Source: Candidatus Bathyarchaeota archaeon (GTDB taxonomy: Archaea; Thermoproteota; Bathyarchaeia; Bathyarchaeales; WUQV01). Taken from it: DNA of 52,100 bases. The notes below the pieces were generated by a model. That model made no database searches. It worked only from the letters and a program-made list of their open reading frames with translations, and had not been told where the DNA came from. Location: NCBI GenBank assembly GCA_029934005.1, contig JAOZNA010000001.1, forward strand, positions 1-52,100, in the 5' to 3' direction. The position numbers and the translations under genes were made by a program. This document shows, in pieces, positions 9,533 through 17,817 of this stretch; position 1 is the first letter of the stretch, and each line of letters starts with the position of its first letter.

Positions 9533-11443
9533 ATGCATATTATGGATGTGGACTATGCGCAAGTCGGCTTGAAAGCTGGACTTGAAATACACCAACAATT
9601 AGATACTGCTTACAAACTCTTTTGCAAGTGCAAACCAACCCTTTTTAAAGAAGAACCAGAAATCACATTTCTACGCAGATTAAGACCTACACAAAGCGAG
9701 CTGGGACAAATAGACCCAGCAGCATATTTTGAATTTCAAAAAGGAACAAAAATACTTTATGAAGCAAACAATCAAACATCTTGCCTTGTTGAAATGGATG
9801 AGGAACCACCGCATGAACTAAATATGGAAGCAGTTGAGATAGCATTAACAGTTGCTTTAATGCTGAATTCTAAGCCCATTGACGAAATCCATGTTATGCG
9901 AAAAACCGTTATTGATGGCTCAAACACAACTGGCTTTCAAAGAACATGCATAATCGCCTTAGGCGGAGAAATCGAAATAAAGGGGAAGAAAATTCCAATT
10001 CAGCATGTGGCAGTAGAAGAAGACGCAGCTAGAAAAATGGGGCAAGAAGGCTCCATTATTCGTTACAGAATAGATAGATTAGGCATTCCATTAATTGAAA
10101 TTGCGACAGCTCCTGTAATCTACTCGCCAGAAGAAGCAAAGGAAACTGCCTTAGCTATAGGACGAATATTGAGAGCCACTGGAAAGGTTAAACGTGGACT
10201 AGGAACAATAAGACAAGACATAAACATTTCAATCCGCGAAGGAGCCTTAGTCGAAGTAAAAGGAGTTCAAGAACTAGAACTCGTCTCATTAGTAGTCAAA
10301 AATGAGGTTCTACGACAATTAAACCTCCTAAAAATCAGAGATGAACTTAAAAACAGAGGACTAACCGAAGAACAAATTAAAGAAGAATTCGTTAATGTGA
10401 CAGAAATTTTCAAAGGAACAAAATGTAAAGTTCTAAGAAAAGCCATTGAGTCAGGAAAACTCGTTTTAGCTGTTAAATTGCCAAAATTTGCTGGATTGTT
10501 AAAAATGGAACTTGCACCAAACATGCGACTTGGAAAGGAAATGGCTGACCGAGCCAAGTTCTGGGGAAGAGTGCAAGGAATATTCCACACAGATGAACTT
10601 CCAGGCTATGGCATAACTCCTGAAGAGGTTGAGAGGTTAAGACGGCTGGTTAAGGCTCAAAAAGACGATGCTGTTGTTTTTGTTGCCGACACCGAAGAAA
10701 ATGCTATCGATGCCTTAAAGGCTGTTGTTAAAAGAGCAAAAGAAGCCCTCAAGGGGGTTCCGGAAGAAACTCGTGCAGCGAATCCGGATGGTTCAACTCA
10801 TTATATGCGACCAAGACCTGGAGCAGCTCGGATGTACCCCGAAACGGATGTTCCGCCAATACGTATAACAAATGAGTATATAGAAAAACTTAGGACTAGG
10901 CTTCCAGAGCTTCCAGAGCAGAAATTTAAACGTTTAATGGAACAATACAAGCTTAATCGAAAACTTGCAAACCAGCTGATGGATTCTGAATACTGCGAGT
11001 TGTTCGAGGAAATCGTTAGGGAAACAAATGTTTCTCCAACCCTTGTTGCCGCAACCCTAACTGAGACCTTGAAAGCTTTAAAACGAGATGGAGTCGAAGT
11101 TTGGCGCATTTCCGACAGCCAATTGGTAGATATTTTCCGTATGGTTGGAAACGGAACTATAGCAAAGGAGGCTATTCCAGACGTAATAGTTTGGCTTTCG
11201 AAAAATGAAAGTCGAACCGTTAAGGATGCCATCGAATCGTTGGGGCTTAGGATGCTTTCTGAAGAAGAAATTAAAGCTATAATCGAGAAAATTGTTCAAG
11301 AAAACAGCGAATTTATAAGAAAGCGTGGAGCTAAAGCTTCTTTTGGACCTTTAATGGGCATTATCATGCGTGACTACCGTGGCAAGGTGAATGCTGAAAG
11401 GGTTAGCGAAATGTTAAAGAAGGCTCTCGAAAGGTTCGCTTAG
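9533..11443 (+). CDS. gatE: Glu-tRNA(Gln) amidotransferase subunit E
   Basis: GatB/E core GLEIHQQL...CLVEMDEEPP, the archaeal insertion domain, and a C-terminal GatB/YqeY-like tail. Lies immediately downstream of gatD. Confidence 0.92.
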   Translation: MHIMDVDYAQVGLKAGLEIHQQLDTAYKLFCKCKPTLFKEEPEITFLRRLRPTQSELGQIDPAAYFEFQKGTKILYEANNQTSCLVEMDEEPPHELNMEAVEIALTVALMLNSKPIDEIHVMRKTVIDGSNTTGFQRTCIIALGGEIEIKGKKIPIQHVAVEEDAARKMGQEGSIIRYRIDRLGIPLIEIATAPVIYSPEEAKETALAIGRILRATGKVKRGLGTIRQDINISIREGALVEVKGVQELELVSLVVKNEVLRQLNLLKIRDELKNRGLTEEQIKEEFVNVTEIFKGTKCKVLRKAIESGKLVLAVKLPKFAGLLKMELAPNMRLGKEMADRAKFWGRVQGIFHTDELPGYGITPEEVERLRRLVKAQKDDAVVFVADTEENAIDALKAVVKRAKEALKGVPEETRAANPDGSTHYMRPRPGAARMYPETDVPPIRITNEYIEKLRTRLPELPEQKFKRLMEQYKLNRKLANQLMDSEYCELFEEIVRETNVSPTLVAATLTETLKALKRDGVEVWRISDSQLVDIFRMVGNGTIAKEAIPDVIVWLSKNESRTVKDAIESLGLRMLSEEEIKAIIEKIVQENSEFIRKRGAKASFGPLMGIIMRDYRGKVNAERVSEMLKKALERFA

Positions 11444-11489
11444 ACTTCGTTTCCTAAATTTTAAATGCTAAATCCTAAGAATTCTATTT

Positions 11490-12002
11490 GTGATTAAAGT
11501 GTCAAGCGCTGTTGCAAAACAGAAACGGAGCACTAAGGAAAAAAGCGATGTCTCCACCTTTTCGTTTAAGGTTCGAATCGGAGAACATGAAATCGAAATT
11601 TCTGGATCACATGAAGAGGTGATGAAGACTATTGACCAACTTCCAAAAATTATGCCAAACGTTTCGAGTGCTTTCCAAGCCATACGTTTTGAAAAAGGAA
11701 AAGTAGAAGTTTCATCTGCAGTACAGAAAGTTAGAGGAAAGGGTATTCCTCTTCCATATCCCAAAATTCCTAAAACAAAATCATGTAAGGAAGCTGTTTT
11801 ACACCTTTTGAGGTCCGATTGGGGGAGATGGCGTCCAAGAACATTAAATGAACTTTTAGAAGGTTTAAGGGCAAACGCCCTAAATTACCCAGTATCAACC
11901 CTTTCCAGCGTTCTAGTTAGGCTTGTTCGTAAAGGTGTTATTAGAAGATGGAAAACAGAAGAAGGTTACGTTTACATTCTGGCTGAAAAGGAGGAAGATT
12001 AA
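11490..12002 (+). CDS. hypothetical protein, N-terminal beta-hairpin module plus C-terminal winged-helix (paralog A)
   Basis: N-terminal VRIGEHEIEISGSHEEVMKTIDQL. The C-terminal CKEAVLHLL...RTLNELLEGL...VLVRLVRKGVIRR...YVYI resembles a wHTH. Similar architecture to 12003..12470 and 12938..13384. Confidence 0.5.
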   Translation: MIKVSSAVAKQKRSTKEKSDVSTFSFKVRIGEHEIEISGSHEEVMKTIDQLPKIMPNVSSAFQAIRFEKGKVEVSSAVQKVRGKGIPLPYPKIPKTKSCKEAVLHLLRSDWGRWRPRTLNELLEGLRANALNYPVSTLSSVLVRLVRKGVIRRWKTEEGYVYILAEKEED

Positions 12003-12470
12003 TTGGGCAAAATTAAAACAAAGATTAAGGCTTCATTTGGAGAAATAGTAGTAGAAGGAGAAACTCCAAAAGAAATTTTGGAACTACTACGTTCCATGCC
12101 GCAGAACTTCATAGAAGAAGTTAACAGCATAGTTTCCACTAAACTTGTGCCTCCCGCAGAAGCTCAGCTTAAGGGAATAGTCGAATTCACAACCGAGGGA
12201 CCAGTTATTACAACAAGACAGAAAATAACCCATTATGAAGCAATAGCATTAGTTTTATATGCCATGGAAAATAAAACTTCGACGGCAAGCCAAATTTCGC
12301 GACTGCTTGAATCAAGCGGAATAAAAGCCATGGTTCCTGCAAGATTAAATGAAATGACAAAAAGAGGCATGGTTTTCAAACCAGACCCTTCAAGACCAGA
12401 ATTTAAGCTAACAATTCAAGGAGAAAAATGGGTAGAAGAAGAAGTAATCCCAAAACTAACAAGCCAATAA
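12003..12470 (+). CDS. hypothetical protein, same architecture (paralog B)
   Basis: N-terminal ASFGEIVVEGETPKEILELLRSM and a C-terminal wHTH-like region (ASQISRLLESSGIK...RLNEMTKRGMVF). Starts directly after the stop of paralog A. Confidence 0.5.
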   Translation: MGKIKTKIKASFGEIVVEGETPKEILELLRSMPQNFIEEVNSIVSTKLVPPAEAQLKGIVEFTTEGPVITTRQKITHYEAIALVLYAMENKTSTASQISRLLESSGIKAMVPARLNEMTKRGMVFKPDPSRPEFKLTIQGEKWVEEEVIPKLTSQ

Positions 12471-12492
12471 AATAGTTGTTGCATGAAAACTT

Positions 12493-12876
12493 TCAATGAA
12501 CCTTCTCAACGTATAATTTTACTGTTTCTTTAACCTTCTGAATTATTTCCGGAGTTTCTTCCTCTTTTGCTATAAAAATGAGGTATTCTCCCTCTTTAAC
12601 CTTTAAACCTACAGTTACCATGTTCCCGTGCTTAACCATTGCATATTCGAAAGCTCCATGAACTAGGGATAATTCCCTAAATATTCCTCCGAGGCTTATT
12701 GCAAAGGCGTCTCCAATTCTTAATGCCAAATCCTCTGGAATTTCATAATATCCCAAAGTTTTTAGGCACAAAAGATTTCCAAGTCCATCTATTGCCATGA
12801 CAAACCTTATTTTCTCATCGGCTGCTAAAACCCATTCACAAACTTTTCTATTCACCGATTTGCCTTTAGATTTCAT
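12493..12876 (-). CDS. small alpha/beta protein, possibly Roadblock/LC7 (MglB-like) fold
   Basis: 127-aa clean ORF. The pattern VMAIDGLGNLL...GAFEYAMVKHGNMVTVGL...YLIFIAKEE is reminiscent of Roadblock/LC7 proteins. The fold assignment is weak. Confidence 0.35.
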   Translation of the reverse strand: MKSKGKSVNRKVCEWVLAADEKIRFVMAIDGLGNLLCLKTLGYYEIPEDLALRIGDAFAISLGGIFRELSLVHGAFEYAMVKHGNMVTVGLKVKEGEYLIFIAKEEETPEIIQKVKETVKLYVEKVH

Positions 12877-12937
12877 AAAAATTAGAGTTTTTATGTGGTT
12901 ATTTAAGGTGAATTACGTGTTCAAAATCCAAATATGA

Positions 12938-13384
12938 CTAAATGGTTGGTGGGGGTCTCTTCTGTGCATATTGATACCTTCGCGGTTTTCCCTCTCTTGT
13001 GAGCACGTTCTCTTTAACCAAATCCATTAGAGCATGCGCTACCGCGGTTCTATCATAATGGTATCCTCTTCTAGCCATTTCGCTGTGAACTTCTCCCAAT
13101 GTCCTTTTTTCCGCAAACCATCCTTCTTCCCAAAGCTTCATTATTACTCCCTTGCATGTTTCTGCTCTCGCTAATGGCGGAGCTGGTTGAGTTATTGACG
13201 GAACAACAGCCGCCTGTTTTGTTACTGTTGCTAGTATTTGTTCTACAGCATTCTTAAGCTGGTCTTCTTGGCATTTTATTTCGAATTCTATGTTCCCTAC
13301 CTTCATTTTGAGTTGTATTGGTGGTTTTTCTTCTTTTTCATTTTTTTCTCGCGTTTTTTCCTCTTGTTTTTCCATATTGCTCAC
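12938..13384 (-). CDS. hypothetical protein, same architecture (paralog C)
   Basis: N-terminal MKVGNIEFEIKCQEDQLKNAVEQIL. The C-terminal CKGVIMKLWEEGWFAEKRTLGEVHSEMARRGYHYDRTAVAHALMDLVKENVLTREGKPRRYQYA aligns by eye with paralog A. Confidence 0.5.
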   Translation of the reverse strand: MSNMEKQEEKTREKNEKEEKPPIQLKMKVGNIEFEIKCQEDQLKNAVEQILATVTKQAAVVPSITQPAPPLARAETCKGVIMKLWEEGWFAEKRTLGEVHSEMARRGYHYDRTAVAHALMDLVKENVLTREGKPRRYQYAQKRPPPTI

Positions 13385-13465
13385 TTATTGATTATTGAAT
13401 TGTTCAAAATGAACATGCACAACATTTAAATACAACATCCTCATCCACTTTCCTATTGGTGAATC

Positions 13466-14545
13466 TTGGTGACCAAACAATTACATATTCAAACAACACC
13501 AAAATATAATTTTCCACTCCCAATAAAAATCCCACAAGAACTCCTCGAACTCAGCACCCAAACCCTAGAAAACCACCAATCAAAAAGAAACCTCAACCTA
13601 AATTCAACTCTAACAAATGTTGTTGAAAAATCAATTGAAAAAATCAACAACGGATACGCTATCGCCGGACTAAACCCAATAAAAGTGGAACCATCCAGCA
13701 ATGAAACAATGGTAGTTGCCCTAGATGTTTCTAGCATAAAAATAGGAGAAACAATGATTGGTACAGTAATTGCCGTAAGAGGCACAATAGTTCTATGCAG
13801 AAAAAGGCGATACTACTCCGCAACTATTGGACCATTACCATTTCACATTACAGAAGAAAACAAGCACCAAATCTTGGGCATTTTAGACGCAAATATGAGA
13901 AAACAACAATTTTTTAAAGTAACAACCGCTCCAGACCCTTCAAACTTGCAAACGAAAATGGCAAGCATACTAGAAACATGGCTTAAATTGACAATTCTAA
14001 CTAATATACAAGAAAGTTTAATTTTGTGGGACGGCTCACTTACAGCTGGAAACAGTGAAATTTCCATTTCCTTTTTACGAAAAATGCTTGAAATTGCAAG
14101 GAGAAACCGAAATACAATTTTAGCCTTTTCAAAAATGACAAGACTTAGGTTTTCTAGTTTTCACTTTAACGATTTACTTATAAAATATCCTTCACCATGT
14201 ATAATTCCAATTGACGACTCTTTAATTGATAAAAATAGGCTAAAACTTTTGGGGAAAATTTACCTAGCAAAGTTAAATGGAACTTCAGTTTTTAGAATGG
14301 ATGTTGACAGGAACTTATCCGTAGATGAGACTTTAAATGCAGTTTGTAAGCTTATTGGAAACGATCTTATAGTTAATGGTTACCCCGAAACTTTGCGTTT
14401 AGCACATGTTTTTTCCACATTCACAGCAAACGAAGTTATCGGTATTCAACGTTTTCTGAACACATGTTACGGATTAAAAATTATCAACCGACCAAGTGTG
14501 AGGCGGTTGCTGTTTGGTCCTTTTGGAAAAGAACATGAGAACTAA
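13466..14545 (+). CDS. nurA: NurA-like 5'-3' nuclease
   Basis: NurA-type motifs VVALDVSS, ILWDGSL, AFSKMTRL and GYPETLRLAHVFS. Translationally coupled to the herA-like gene. Start uncertain (TTG 13466 or GTG 13469). Confidence 0.65.
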   Translation: MVTKQLHIQTTPKYNFPLPIKIPQELLELSTQTLENHQSKRNLNLNSTLTNVVEKSIEKINNGYAIAGLNPIKVEPSSNETMVVALDVSSIKIGETMIGTVIAVRGTIVLCRKRRYYSATIGPLPFHITEENKHQILGILDANMRKQQFFKVTTAPDPSNLQTKMASILETWLKLTILTNIQESLILWDGSLTAGNSEISISFLRKMLEIARRNRNTILAFSKMTRLRFSSFHFNDLLIKYPSPCIIPIDDSLIDKNRLKLLGKIYLAKLNGTSVFRMDVDRNLSVDETLNAVCKLIGNDLIVNGYPETLRLAHVFSTFTANEVIGIQRFLNTCYGLKIINRPSVRRLLFGPFGKEHEN

Positions 14546-16049
14546 AGACACAAACGGAGAGGATAAAGAAAAAGTGAGGCTTTACAAGAAAGAAGGCGGA
14601 ACAATTCAAATAATAAGCTTTCCAGACGAAAACATAGAGAAAGGCGACTACCTACTCATAGAAGACCGAAAACTAGGCAAGTCCCTAATAGTCCAAGTCG
14701 TTGAAATTCGTTTCGTCAATGTTCCAGGAATACTCGAAGAAATTTTACGTGAATGCACATACAACGACAACTTCTTAGACGGCGAAACTCTAGATCCCTT
14801 TGAAATAACATCCCATATAACTCTAATAAAGGATGCTAGAGTTCTCCATTGCAAAATAAGAGCTTCATTTGAAAACGGCAAACTAGTCAATGACATATCA
14901 TGGATTCCATCAAGAATCCACTCAAAAATAGTGAAACTTCCAATTTCCAAGCTCTTTTCTATAGCAAAAATAAGCGGAAATTATCCAATTTATATAGGCG
15001 ATACAAAAGAAAATTCACAGTTATTCATTGACGCAGAATCACTAGACGGTAGACTAAACATAATTACCGGGAAAAAAGAAACTGGGAAATCTCACCTCAG
15101 CAAACTTTTGGTCTTAAATCTAATACATTATGGAGCAACCGTTGTAGTTTTAGACTTAAATGGAGAATACGCTGGTTTAGGCTTAAACCTAGACGGAACA
15201 CCAAATGAATACGCAAATAAAATCCACGTTTTAACACCGGGTCAAAACTTCAAAATAATGTTGAAACAGATTAATTTGCGAGTTATGCTCAACATTCTTT
15301 TAAATGCGTTAAGGCTTCCGGGAACAAGTGCCCGTGAGTTTAGGCGTATTTGGCGATTTCTTAGAGAACGTAACGAGCTAAGCCTAAAAGCATTGGGTGA
15401 AGCGATGAGAAACTGGAAATGCAATCAACATATTCGTGATGCACTTTTCAGCAGATACTACGCTCTACTAAATTCTGGTTTTTTCACAGACAATCCGGAA
15501 GAGGCTTCTCCTTTTGAAGAATATTTTGAAAAAATAAAGAGAAACGGCGGAGTGCTAATCATTAATATGCAAAACATTTCAACAATGGACCGTCAAATTG
15601 TTGTTGAATACATACTTGGAAAACTTGTTGAGCTCCTCTCAAACTGGTATTTACGTTCAGTCTTCCTTTTTGCTGAAGAGGCTCATTTATACCTACGCGA
15701 AACTTATTGGGACGACGTAGTAACTCGAATGCGTCATTATGGAATCTTCACCACATTTATCACAAATCAGCCAGATTCAATCAAAGAAAGCATTTACCGA
15801 CAGGCAGACAACATATTTTTATTCAACTTCACAAATGAACGGGACCTCGAAACAGTTTCTAGAGCGTCAAGAGCAGACAGCGAAACAATAAAATCCATAG
15901 CACGTGAACTTCCTCCTCAACACTGCCTACTGCTTGGAAAAATAGTCAAAGACTTCCCAACAGTAGTTAAAGTCAGAACTCTAAACGTCCAAACAAAAGG
16001 CCAAACAAGATATTTCTTCAAGTTTTTATCTCAAAATTTAAAGACATAA
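14514..16049 (+). CDS. herA: HerA-like (DUF87) hexameric ATPase/helicase
   Basis: N-terminal HAS-barrel-like segment, Walker A GKKETGKSHL and Walker B FLFAEEAHLY. The likely true start is ATG 14535, overlapping the nurA stop (ATGAGAACTAA). Confidence 0.75.
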   Translation: MVLLEKNMRTKDTNGEDKEKVRLYKKEGGTIQIISFPDENIEKGDYLLIEDRKLGKSLIVQVVEIRFVNVPGILEEILRECTYNDNFLDGETLDPFEITSHITLIKDARVLHCKIRASFENGKLVNDISWIPSRIHSKIVKLPISKLFSIAKISGNYPIYIGDTKENSQLFIDAESLDGRLNIITGKKETGKSHLSKLLVLNLIHYGATVVVLDLNGEYAGLGLNLDGTPNEYANKIHVLTPGQNFKIMLKQINLRVMLNILLNALRLPGTSAREFRRIWRFLRERNELSLKALGEAMRNWKCNQHIRDALFSRYYALLNSGFFTDNPEEASPFEEYFEKIKRNGGVLIINMQNISTMDRQIVVEYILGKLVELLSNWYLRSVFLFAEEAHLYLRETYWDDVVTRMRHYGIFTTFITNQPDSIKESIYRQADNIFLFNFTNERDLETVSRASRADSETIKSIARELPPQHCLLLGKIVKDFPTVVKVRTLNVQTKGQTRYFFKFLSQNLKT

Positions 16050-16051
16050 AA

Positions 16052-16486
16052 TTATTGCGTTTTTAGTTTGCTGAGGTTTCTCTTCATGAATTCTTTAAAT
16101 GTATTCGTTAAATCATATTTTTCTACTTCGTCTATTGGAACCCATTTCGCCTCTATTATTTCACTGTTTGGCTTAAGTTTTCCGCCTCTAAGCTTTGCAA
16201 AAAAATCCAGTATTATAAAATGATATTTTATTCTGCCGTTTTTATCTCGAATTATGTCATCGACTATATCAATTAAATGGCTAGCTTCCACTTTTAGGTT
16301 ACATTCTTCAAGAACTTCCCTTTCCACAGCTTCTTTCACAGTTTCTCCAAGCTCAACAAGTCCTCCTGGAACACTCCATTTTCCCTTTCCTGGGTCAGAG
16401 CCTCGTTTAACAATTAGCATTTTTCCATCATGAATTATTATTGCGCCTACTCCTACGATTGGTTGTTTAGGATATTCTTTCTTCAA
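16052..16486 (-). CDS. Nudix hydrolase
   Basis: Complete Nudix box GGLVELGETVKEAVEREVLEECNL (Gx5Ex7REUxEExGU). Confidence 0.85.
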   Translation of the reverse strand: MKKEYPKQPIVGVGAIIIHDGKMLIVKRGSDPGKGKWSVPGGLVELGETVKEAVEREVLEECNLKVEASHLIDIVDDIIRDKNGRIKYHFIILDFFAKLRGGKLKPNSEIIEAKWVPIDEVEKYDLTNTFKEFMKRNLSKLKTQ

Positions 16487-16614
16487 AGTTGTTATACTCC
16501 TATGTTTTCAATGGATATAACAACATGCATTTAAGATATATTGTGTGGTTAAGAGCAGATGCATTTAGCTTAAATGTTTGCATATGATTAATTTGTTAAG
16601 AACGAGGGTAGTGT

Positions 16615-17817
16615 ATGAGGTCTTTAAGTTTTGTTCATGCTGCTGATTTGCATCTTGGCTATGCGCAATATGGCTTAGATGTTAGGCGTGAAGATTTTTT
16701 GAGGGCGTTTGAAGAACTTGTGGACAAAACTTTGGAGCTTAAACCCGACTTCATAATAATTGCAGGCGACCTGTTCCATCATGCCCGTCCTACCAACGTT
16801 ACACTTGAAAACGCAATAAAGAATTTTAGAAGATTGAAAGATGCTAAAATACCAGTTTTAACCGTTGATGGCTCCCATGATGCAGCTCCAAACATTATTA
16901 CTGGAACCATTCTTAATCCATTACACACTGCAGGGCTCATCTATTATTTGCCAAGGCTTACGGGTGCATGTTGGGAAAATGAAAAATGTTATGTTTATGG
17001 GATTCCAAACTTTAGAACTAAACGAAAGACCGAAGCTGAGCTTCCAAAATTTTATGAAGAAAATGAACCTCGCCCTAATCCGTCTAAATTTAATATTTTT
17101 GTTTTTCATATGGCAATAGACTTCCCAAAGGTCGTTCCGCCTTATATGGAAGCTGAGGCTTCTCCAGAACTTCTTCCAGACGGCTTCAACTATTATGCTG
17201 GTGGGCATGTGCACAAAGCTGGGGTTACACAGTTTAAATCTGGCATTTTGGTTTATAGTGGCTGCACCGAAACTGTAAGTTACGAAGATGCTGAAGTTGA
17301 GAAGGGATTTTACTATGTAGAAGTGAACTCAAAAGACAAGCCAAGATTGGAGCGGATAAAACTTGAGAGCCCACGGACTTTTGTTAAGCTTGAATGTGAT
17401 TTGGGAAATGTTACTCCAGCTATGGCTGTTGAAGAAACCATTAAAAGAATAGCTGAGGTGGATCATGAAGGAGCAGTTATTGTTCCGGTCTTAAAGGGAG
17501 TTTTAACAGCTGAATCGAGCAGAGCGGAAGTTGATGTTGCAAAAATTAGGGCAGCTGCAAAAAAGGCTTTAATTGTAAGACCAATAGTTCGTTTACGTGA
17601 GAGCCAAGTTCCAGAAGAAGTTGTTCGTTCAATATTTGAAGGCAAGCTAAAAGATTTAAAGACGAAATCTTTCGAATTTTTCCTTCAAATATTCGCTGAA
17701 CGATATCCTCTTGAAAAGGCTGAAAAAATTGCTCGTTTAGCAGTTGATCTGCTTGATCCCTTAGCAAGAAAGGACGAGAAAAAGGCTAAGGAAATCTTGG
17801 AGGCGTTTGTTAAATGA
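16615..17817 (+). CDS. mre11: Mre11 DNA double-strand-break repair nuclease
   Basis: Phosphoesterase motifs FVHAADLHLG (I), AGDLFH (II), DGSHD (III, Ser in place of the usual Asn), FHMA (IV) and GGHVHK (V). The stop overlaps the rad50 start (ATGA). Confidence 0.85.
   Translation: MRSLSFVHAADLHLGYAQYGLDVRREDFLRAFEELVDKTLELKPDFIIIAGDLFHHARPTNVTLENAIKNFRRLKDAKIPVLTVDGSHDAAPNIITGTILNPLHTAGLIYYLPRLTGACWENEKCYVYGIPNFRTKRKTEAELPKFYEENEPRPNPSKFNIFVFHMAIDFPKVVPPYMEAEASPELLPDGFNYYAGGHVHKAGVTQFKSGILVYSGCTETVSYEDAEVEKGFYYVEVNSKDKPRLERIKLESPRTFVKLECDLGNVTPAMAVEETIKRIAEVDHEGAVIVPVLKGVLTAESSRAEVDVAKIRAAAKKALIVRPIVRLRESQVPEEVVRSIFEGKLKDLKTKSFEFFLQIFAERYPLEKAEKIARLAVDLLDPLARKDEKKAKEILEAFVK

Noticed and set aside
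13466-16049. The NurA-like and HerA-like pair could be an anti-phage defence module, since HerA/NurA-type ATPase-nuclease pairs occur in defence systems.
   Set aside because: It lies directly next to mre11-rad50, the canonical archaeal end-resection partners, and no other defence genes are nearby. A housekeeping repair role is the simpler reading.
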